Assembly (NCBI GenBank): GCA_021824285.1
Contig: JAKAKZ010000003.1
Span: forward strand, 571-64,570
Source of the DNA: a bacterium
GTDB lineage: Bacteria > Patescibacteriota > Patescibacteriia > SG8-24
DNA length: 64,000 nucleotides
Direction: 5' to 3'
The notes under the pieces were generated by a model. It was not told the DNA's origin. It did not search any database and saw only the letters and a list, made by a program, of their open reading frames with translations. Below, piece by piece: positions 35,562-42,030 of the stretch. The translations under genes and the position numbers were made by a program. Numbering within the stretch: position 1 is the stretch's first letter; each line of letters starts with the position of its first letter.

Positions 35562-35769
35562 TGACCGCGTAAGGGTTCTCGTGACTCCTTTGGTCTAAAA
35601 GTCACGGTGCGCGGTACGTGAGTCGGGTGCGGTCGGGGAGTCGGACGCCAAAATAGCGTCCGGCCACCCGCCCACCCGCTCGCGCCGCCGCCTCGGGTCT
35701 CGGTCCGCAATAAAAGCGTTCCGACTAGCCCAACTCGCGCTGCCTGCTCATTCAGGCCGCGCGCCGCAA

Positions 35770-35795
35770 GACACCGGCTTCCGCCGGTGTTTTGC
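35770..35795 (+). terminator. rho-independent terminator
   Basis: caccggc-ttcc-gccggtg followed by ttttgc. Confidence 0.55.
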
Positions 35796-35808
35796 TTATC
35801 CACAAGGG

Positions 35809-35880
35809 GACAGTCCCTTTTTCACCCAAAAGGGACAGTCCCTTTTTGGGTCAAAAGGGACTGTCCCCTAAAAGTCCTTC
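35809..35880. repeat. REP cluster (3 units of AAAGGGACWGTCCCTTTT) flanking RAYT
   Basis: aaggggacagtccctttt, aaaagggacagtcccttttt and aaaagggactgtccccta. The last unit overlaps the transposase stop. Confidence 0.7.
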
Positions 35881-36449
35881 CGTTTCTTGATCGGGTTTTG
35901 CTGCCACGCTCTCGTCATTGCCCGATATTCCGCTTGGCGTTCCATTGGATTAACTGCAAGTGAAAGATACAGCGGATTTTGATCTATCAACGAATCAGGT
36001 TGGCCATATGCGTAAGTCACATAACTAGACCAAGGGTAGCCTTCTGGATTTTTCGTAATGCCGGCTCTAACAGGATTCAACTCAATATAGATTCCGCAGA
36101 TTGATTGGTAGGCCTCATCAGTAACGATGCGGCTATGGAAACGGCCTTGCCATAAATGTCCGACAAAACCGTATTTTTTCTTATAATAAAGCGAATAAGT
36201 TTGATTGATTGTCTTCATTATAATTGCCAGATTTTGACCGCCGGACACCAATAATTGCATGTGCAGGTGATTGTTCATGACGCAATAATGATAGAGAAGA
36301 AAGGGTGTTTCTTTTTTGGCCTTCTGCACGATGGCCAACATGGCATAAAAGTCCTCATCATCTAGAAAAATGATGTTTTTGTTGTTGCCGCGGCTGACAA
36401 CGTGATAGATCGCCGTACCTGATTCGATTGGTCTGGCAGTTCTTGGCAT
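35868..36449 (-). CDS. IS200/IS605-family Y1 HUH transposase (REP-associated tyrosine transposase, RAYT-like)
   Basis: IYHVVSRGNNKNIIF...HLHMQLLV (HuH) ...TYSLYYKKKYGFVGHLWQGRFHSRIV matches the Y1 transposase fold. The gene is markedly AT-rich compared with the surrounding genome. Start at MPRTARP (ATG ~36449). Confidence 0.7.
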   Translation of the reverse strand: MPRTARPIESGTAIYHVVSRGNNKNIIFLDDEDFYAMLAIVQKAKKETPFLLYHYCVMNNHLHMQLLVSGGQNLAIIMKTINQTYSLYYKKKYGFVGHLWQGRFHSRIVTDEAYQSICGIYIELNPVRAGITKNPEGYPWSSYVTYAYGQPDSLIDQNPLYLSLAVNPMERQAEYRAMTRAWQQNPIKKRKDF

Positions 36450-36495
36450 AGCGCGCTTTCTTTTACACCGTAGCGGCGTCCTTTCAAGGCAGTTA

Positions 36496-36575
36496 TCCAC
36501 AAGGGGACTGTCCCTTTTTTGGTCAAAAGGGACTGTCCCTTTTTGGCCCAAAAGGGACTGTCCCCTTTGTGCTAT
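36496..36575. repeat. REP cluster (3 units) on the other flank of RAYT
   Basis: ccacaaggggactgtcccttttttggtcaaaagggactgtccctttttggcccaaaagggactgtcccctttgtgc. Confidence 0.7.
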
Positions 36576-36586
36576 ACTTGGCGCAT

Positions 36587-37789
36587 ATGCGCCCACGACT
36601 CCTTTCTCATCTCGCGCTGGCATCATTGCTGGCCGTCTCTCTAATTCCTTCCATGCCCGCCGCTGCCACCGGGCAGACTTACGTTGCGGATACCGAAATC
36701 CAGGTCGGCAGCTCGACGCTCAAGATCATGGCCGGCTCCGAGGCGGACAGTCTGTCAGTCGCCGGCAACAGCCTGACCGTGACCGTGGCGCCGGATGAGG
36801 TCTTTGACCTGCGCTATCCGGGCGGCAATCCGCTGGGTCTCGAGAACGATTCCGGCTTGGCCGCCTGCAACGTCCTGCCGAACCGCGATAACCAGCTGCT
36901 GATCACCGGGCCGCACACCGTGACTGTCTCGGTCAGCACCTTCGCCTGCAGCACGGCCAATTACAGCACCAACAGCACGCCCCTTCTCACCGTCTCCCAG
37001 CCGGCTGGCGGAGCGTCGTTCAAGCCCGGCGATAGCGCGCAGATCTTCTGGCAGCTGACCGGCCATTCCGTGGCCAGCATCCGGATCCGCCTGTCCGTCG
37101 ACGGGGGATTGAGCTATCCGACCACCTTGGTCGACAACCTGCTGAACAGCGGCTTCTATTCCTGGACCGTGCCGGAGATGACCACGACGACGCACGCCCG
37201 GCTGAAGATCGAGGGGCGCACCCAGGGGGCAACGTCCGCCTGGGCCTTGAGCCAGGAATTCTCCATCCAGGGCGCAGCGCCCGCCGCGCCGGCTGAAACG
37301 GCGGCGCCGGCACCTGGCGGTTATTCGCCAGAGGCGGTCACGGCCGAGGCCGATTCCATCGGGCATGATCGGGGCTTTGTCAGTACGCCGGAAGCCGCAT
37401 CCTCCGAGTGCCCGGCCGGATTGCGTATCAAGGGTCGCGGTCTGCCAGCGGTCTATTACTGCGGCCCGGACGGCAAGCGGCATCCTTTCCCGAACCAGAA
37501 GATCCATGATTCGTGGTATGCCGGCGATTTCGCCGGAGTCTACGAGGTCGCCGACTCGACCCTGGCGCGGATTGCGCTCGGCCAGAACGTGACCTACCGG
37601 CCTGGAGTGCGCATGGTCAAGGTGACTACGGACCCCAAGGTCTATGCCGTGGACGCCGACGGCACGCTGCGGTGGATCAAGACCGAAGCGGCGGCGGCGC
37701 GGCTTTACGGCGCGGACTGGAACAAGAAGATCGATGACCTGCCGGACGCCTTCTTCTTCGATTACCATACAGGCGATCCCATCGAATGA
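36587..37789 (+). CDS. secreted protein with C-terminal copy of the conserved ~105-aa module
   Basis: Signal peptide MRPRLLSHLALASLLAVSLIPSMPAAA. The mid-region resembles Ser/Thr-rich surface domains. The C-terminus AVYYCGPDGKRHPFPNQKIHDSWY...VTYRPGVRMVKV...KVYAV...LYGADWNKKIDDLPDAFFFDY is the shared module. Confidence 0.65.
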   Translation: MRPRLLSHLALASLLAVSLIPSMPAAATGQTYVADTEIQVGSSTLKIMAGSEADSLSVAGNSLTVTVAPDEVFDLRYPGGNPLGLENDSGLAACNVLPNRDNQLLITGPHTVTVSVSTFACSTANYSTNSTPLLTVSQPAGGASFKPGDSAQIFWQLTGHSVASIRIRLSVDGGLSYPTTLVDNLLNSGFYSWTVPEMTTTTHARLKIEGRTQGATSAWALSQEFSIQGAAPAAPAETAAPAPGGYSPEAVTAEADSIGHDRGFVSTPEAASSECPAGLRIKGRGLPAVYYCGPDGKRHPFPNQKIHDSWYAGDFAGVYEVADSTLARIALGQNVTYRPGVRMVKVTTDPKVYAVDADGTLRWIKTEAAAARLYGADWNKKIDDLPDAFFFDYHTGDPIE

Positions 37790-37906
37790 ACGCGACGGCG
37801 GACCGCCGGCCCCAGCGGCCGGCGGTTTTGGCTCACGGCCCGGCGGTTGCCAAGCCCCGACTTTTCGGCTAGGGTCAGTGATGTATTACAGCTAATTTTC
37901 AACCGT

Positions 37907-39106
37907 ATGCGCCGCAATATCCAGCATTTCCCGCTCGCCGTCCTGATGTCCCTGGCTCTCGCCCTGCCGCTCCTGCCGGCGCGACCGGCCGCCGCGACCG
38001 TTCTGGGTGTCTTTCCGGGCGACCTCATCAAGCTGCAGGACGACCATAATTCCCAGACGCATGAGGACGAGGCCGTCTATTATTTCGACAAGGATTGGTT
38101 CCGCCATCCCTTCCCGAACCAGCGCGTGTTCATGAGCTGGTACCGGGACTTTTCCGGCGTGAAGTCGCTGTCCACGACGGACATGGCCGATATCCGCATG
38201 GGGGCGCCCGTGACCTACCGGCCCGGCACGCGGCTCGTGAAAATCCCTTCAATCCCGAAAGTCTACGCAGTGGAACCGGGCGGCATTCTGCGCTGGATCA
38301 CGGACGAGTCGGTCGCCAAGGACCTCTATGGCGCCAACTGGTCCAAGCGGGTGGACGACGTGAGCGAGGCCTTCTTCGTCAACTACAAGGAAGGCGAACC
38401 GCTGCGCACGGCAATGTGGCCGACCGGCACGCTGGTCCGCAATCCGGCGGACAAGACGCTTTATGTCATCGACGGCTACTCGCGCCGCCATGTCACCGCG
38501 ACGGAAGCCGCGTCGCTGCGGCTTAACGAGTCCGACGCGCTGGACGGCGGCACGGCTATTGAGGAGCTGCCCATGGGACCGTCGGCCACAGCCGGCGGCG
38601 ACCGCCTGTCCGATACCGCCGAGCTTTCCCGGATCGAGACCTTGCCGGCCCTGCAGATAGATTTCCCGGCGCCGGTCACGGCCGCGGCACGCGGCGCGGA
38701 GCAGGTGCTCCTGTCCATGCGGCTCACTGCCGGCGCGCCGGTAACCTTACGGCGTCTCACGGCCAAGCTCTCCGGACCGGTCCGGCTGAACGGCCAGCCG
38801 CTGCTCACTGATCTGCGGTTTGAGGATTCGGCGGGCGAGAACATCTTCGGCACGGTCCAGCTGCCGGCCGACAGCGGAGACGAACTCGCGACGCTCGTCT
38901 GGAACGGTGCCTTCACTCTGCAGGCCGGCACGGAAGACATGGTGAAACTGCTGGCATCGGTCTCGGCGGACATGCCGGCCGGAGCGCAACTGACCATCGA
39001 GCTGCCGCGGTCCGGATCCTACGTCTCCGATGGCTTCGACGCTGAGGAACGCGCGCAATTCGCGCCGCCCGGCGAACTCCCGGACGCCAAAGTGACCTTC
39101 CGCTAA
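37907..39106 (+). CDS. secreted protein with N-terminal copy of the conserved ~105-aa module
   Basis: Signal peptide MRRNIQHFPLAVLMSLALALPLLPARPAAA. AVYYFDKDWFRHPFPNQRVFMSWY...VTYRPGTRLVKI...KVYAV...LYGANWSKRVDDVSEAFFVNY. Confidence 0.65.
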   Translation: MRRNIQHFPLAVLMSLALALPLLPARPAAATVLGVFPGDLIKLQDDHNSQTHEDEAVYYFDKDWFRHPFPNQRVFMSWYRDFSGVKSLSTTDMADIRMGAPVTYRPGTRLVKIPSIPKVYAVEPGGILRWITDESVAKDLYGANWSKRVDDVSEAFFVNYKEGEPLRTAMWPTGTLVRNPADKTLYVIDGYSRRHVTATEAASLRLNESDALDGGTAIEELPMGPSATAGGDRLSDTAELSRIETLPALQIDFPAPVTAAARGAEQVLLSMRLTAGAPVTLRRLTAKLSGPVRLNGQPLLTDLRFEDSAGENIFGTVQLPADSGDELATLVWNGAFTLQAGTEDMVKLLASVSADMPAGAQLTIELPRSGSYVSDGFDAEERAQFAPPGELPDAKVTFR

Positions 39107-39112
39107 GAGAAG

Positions 39113-39140
39113 GAACGCGCCTCCCCAGGCGCGTTTTTTC
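39113..39140 (+). terminator. rho-independent terminator
   Basis: aacgcgcc-tcccca-ggcgcgtt followed by ttttc. Confidence 0.7.
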
Positions 39141-39162
39141 GCCGCCGAACTCCTGGGCCGAA

Positions 39163-39175
39163 CGGTGGTATAATG
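39163..39175 (+). promoter_or_regulatory. extended -10 TGGTATAAT ~8 nt upstream of ATG (leaderless candidate)
   Basis: cggTGGTATAATggccgcatATGg. Confidence 0.45.
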
Positions 39176-39182
39176 GCCGCAT

Positions 39183-41498
39183 ATGGTTACGGCATCCCGT
39201 ATGGGCAAGATTCTGGCTGCCGCCGCCTGCCTGGCGGCGGTATTGGCGGTCCGTCCGCCGGCGGAAGCCGCTGCTTCGTACCAGGCCGGCGACCTGGTCA
39301 AGGCACCGGACAGCCGAGCCGTGTATTACGTCGGCTCCGACGGCCGGCGCTATGTCTTTCCGAACCAGCTGACCTACCTGACCTGGTACGGAGATTTCGC
39401 GTCGGTCAGGACCATCGCGGACGCGGAATTGGCCGCTCTTTCGATCGGCGGCAACGTCACTTACCGCCCCGGAACCAGGCTCGTGAAGATCGTCTCCGAT
39501 CCGCGGGTCTATGCCGTCGAACCGGGCGGCGTCCTGCGGCCAATTCCGGACGAGAGCGCGGCCGTCGCGCTCTACGGCGCGGACTGGTCGAAGCGGGTGG
39601 ACGATGTCCCTGATGCATTTTTTTTCAGCTACCGGATCGGCGCGCCGCTCGCGGCCGCGGCCTACCCGGAAGGCTCTTGGGTGCGGCGGGTCTCCGACGG
39701 CCGGATCTTCCTGATCCAAGACGGCCAGAAACGTGAGGTCTCCGGCTCATTGCTCACCGCGCTTCGCGTCACCGCGGCGCAGATCATGCCGGAGACGGCC
39801 GACCTGAACGGCTATGCCCTCGGCGCGCCGCTTGAGCAGACCGAGAGCCTGAACGACACCGCCCAGCTGGGCATCGAGCGGACTACCGCCGCTCCCGTGG
39901 CGTCGCTCTACCTGCAGCCGGCGACCGACCCCGGCATGCCAATCTACGTACGTGGAACCAAGGACGCGGCCATCGCTGGCCTGCTCCTCATGGACGGTTC
40001 CGCGGATCCGGTCACGGTCTCGGCCATCACCTTCCAGGGTTACGTGGACAGCGAAGGCACTGCGGGCTTCCTGCCGGCGGTGGATTCCGATGGGGGATCG
40101 GCCAAGCACGTGAATGCGATCCTGCCGGCCGCGTCTCTCTACGACGACACCGGCCGACTGCTGGCCGGTCCGGTGCCGATCGGACTTGACGGCCGGGCGT
40201 TCTTCAGCGGTTTCCGCCTGGCGGTTCCGGCCGGCGGCAGCCGTACGGTCGTGATCAGAGGGGACATCCCGGCGTACCTGGATACCGGTCTCGAGCCGGA
40301 TTATCTAGCGTTCGACGTGGAGGACGCGGTCCGCGACGTCACGGTCACGGATGCGGCCGGCGGCAGCGTCAAAGCGACCGGCAACCGGCCGAATCGCGGG
40401 ACCGAGGCCTTCAACTACGCGAAGATTCTGCGCAGCGGAACGGTCAATTTCACCTGGCGCGGCACGACGACCGTGATGATCGGTGGGCGCGACGCCAAAC
40501 TCGGCACTCTGACGGTGGATACGAAATACGATACCTACGCCTTGCGCACGATTGCCTTCCGGCGGACCAGCCAGACTTCTTATGGCGACGCGCGGCTGGA
40601 ATATCCCGGTGCGGACGGCAAGACCGTTTCGAAGACGGTCCAATGGCGCGGCGGCGCGGCCGTGTTCACCGATTTGGGAGCGTACTTGCCGCGGGACTCG
40701 TCCGTGGGCCTCGCGCTCTACGCGCAGGTCCTGTCCCGCGATACCGGGGGAGTCTACGGCGATGCGCTTGGCGCGCAGCTCGACACCGCCGGACCGCTGC
40801 AGTTCGTATCCCAGGCCGAGGGCGCGACCTATTCGGAGAAGGATTTGGGCAACGGTTCGTTTGGTCTCGTGGCCAATACGGCCGGTCGGGTAACGGTTCG
40901 CTATTCCGGCTTGAGCGTCACGCCGTTGCCGACCGCCGTCGCATTCCGCGACAGCAATACGCCGCTGCTGGCCTTCTCCGCCAAAGCGGAACCCGAGGGT
41001 CCCATCCGGATCAGGAAGATGACGTTTCGCATCAGCCCGGATGACGCGGGACGTTCCGGGGCCGCGAATGATGCGCTCGAACTCTGGGCGGGACGTCCGG
41101 CGACTTCGATTGCAGCCGTGCGCCGCGTCTATTCGACCACGACCGAACTCCTCGGTACTCCCGGCAACGGCCGGCTGCGTTTCCGGGAGTGGCGCGGCAA
41201 CGGCACGGAGATCGACCAGGCGCAGCCGTTCCAGTCGAACATCGGCGACTACGCCACGCTGGAGCTGGACTTCGGCGAGAACGGCGAGTATCTGATACCG
41301 GCTGGCCTGACGGCCGATTTCCGGTTCGAATTGGACACGACCGTTTTCCCGACTGATCGCGATCACCGCTGCGCCGTCGAGCTGCGCGGCGACGCGGATT
41401 TCCTTTGGACCGACATCCCGTATGGCGCCTACACCGCGCTCGGCGGCACGGACGCGGGCGGTGTGCCCTTCTCGGCCACGGTTACGGTGAATAAATAA
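39183..41498 (+). CDS. secreted protein (771 aa) with N-terminal copy of the conserved ~105-aa module
   Basis: Signal peptide MVTASRMGKILAAAACLAAVLAVRPPAEA. AVYYVGSDGRRYVFPNQLTYLTWY...VTYRPGTRLVKI...RVYAV...LYGADWSKRVDDVPDAFFFSY, then ~600 aa without a recognised domain. The start could alternatively be MGKIL at 39201. Confidence 0.65.
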   Translation: MVTASRMGKILAAAACLAAVLAVRPPAEAAASYQAGDLVKAPDSRAVYYVGSDGRRYVFPNQLTYLTWYGDFASVRTIADAELAALSIGGNVTYRPGTRLVKIVSDPRVYAVEPGGVLRPIPDESAAVALYGADWSKRVDDVPDAFFFSYRIGAPLAAAAYPEGSWVRRVSDGRIFLIQDGQKREVSGSLLTALRVTAAQIMPETADLNGYALGAPLEQTESLNDTAQLGIERTTAAPVASLYLQPATDPGMPIYVRGTKDAAIAGLLLMDGSADPVTVSAITFQGYVDSEGTAGFLPAVDSDGGSAKHVNAILPAASLYDDTGRLLAGPVPIGLDGRAFFSGFRLAVPAGGSRTVVIRGDIPAYLDTGLEPDYLAFDVEDAVRDVTVTDAAGGSVKATGNRPNRGTEAFNYAKILRSGTVNFTWRGTTTVMIGGRDAKLGTLTVDTKYDTYALRTIAFRRTSQTSYGDARLEYPGADGKTVSKTVQWRGGAAVFTDLGAYLPRDSSVGLALYAQVLSRDTGGVYGDALGAQLDTAGPLQFVSQAEGATYSEKDLGNGSFGLVANTAGRVTVRYSGLSVTPLPTAVAFRDSNTPLLAFSAKAEPEGPIRIRKMTFRISPDDAGRSGAANDALELWAGRPATSIAAVRRVYSTTTELLGTPGNGRLRFREWRGNGTEIDQAQPFQSNIGDYATLELDFGENGEYLIPAGLTADFRFELDTTVFPTDRDHRCAVELRGDADFLWTDIPYGAYTALGGTDAGGVPFSATVTVNK

Positions 41499-41525
41499 TC
41501 AGTTTACAGAAGTAAGCGCCATCGG

Positions 41526-41560
41526 CCGCAGGCCGCCCGGATTTGCCGGGCGGTTTTTTC
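41526..41560 (+). terminator. rho-independent terminator
   Basis: ccgcccgg-atttg-ccgggcgg followed by tttttt. Confidence 0.75.
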
Positions 41561-41585
41561 GGACGGCCGACCACCCTCCCGGATG

Positions 41586-41597
41586 TGGTATAATTAA
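41586..41597 (+). promoter_or_regulatory. extended -10 TGGTATAAT
   Basis: ggatgTGGTATAATtaatacagg. Drives the small ORF at 41625. Confidence 0.45.
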
Positions 41598-41624
41598 TAC
41601 AGGTAAAATCAACACCAAACGATC

Positions 41625-41852
41625 ATGTTCCCTCCATTCGGCAAATCAGATGACCCGCCGGACTCCGGCATAGAAGGACCCTTCGGTCCGCCTGGCGGCG
41701 GTCCGCCCCCTTCGGACGGCCGCTTCGCCGATTTCGCGGGCGAAGACATGGACGGTTTCCTTGAACCCGTGGATTTCAGCCGGCGACAGCGCCGGATCGA
41801 CGACTGCCTGCAGGTCGGTCTGCACTTCTTCGGGGCCCTGCGTCGGTCATGA
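41625..41852 (+). CDS. small acidic Pro/Gly-rich protein (75 aa), hypothetical
   Basis: Has its own promoter-like -10 and a downstream hairpin with a T-tract (41868-41892). It is compositionally unusual, so coding status is uncertain; it could be a leader peptide or sRNA. Confidence 0.3.
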   Translation: MFPPFGKSDDPPDSGIEGPFGPPGGGPPPSDGRFADFAGEDMDGFLEPVDFSRRQRRIDDCLQVGLHFFGALRRS

Positions 41853-41867
41853 ACAAAATAACTGTAC

Positions 41868-41892
41868 AACCCCGCCTAGCGCGGGTTTTTCC
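41868..41892 (+). terminator. terminator after small ORF
   Basis: aaccccgc-ctagc-gcgggtttttcc. Confidence 0.55.
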
Positions 41893-42030
41893 GTTTCCGT
41901 GCCTTGCGTTGTCGCTACGGCCACGCTCTGTTACAATTCGCGCATTATGCGGTTGTCTGTATCGCCTGTCCATGAGCGCCGTTGCGGCGGAATCGACCGT
42001 ACAGCTAAGCGGTTAAGGACCGTCGGCGCC

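Larger units (their letters stand above)
35809..36575 (-). mobile_element. REPtron-like unit: RAYT transposase bracketed by REP clusters
   Basis: Three REP units on each side of a low-GC transposase gene, inserted between two paralogous surface-protein genes. Confidence 0.6.
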
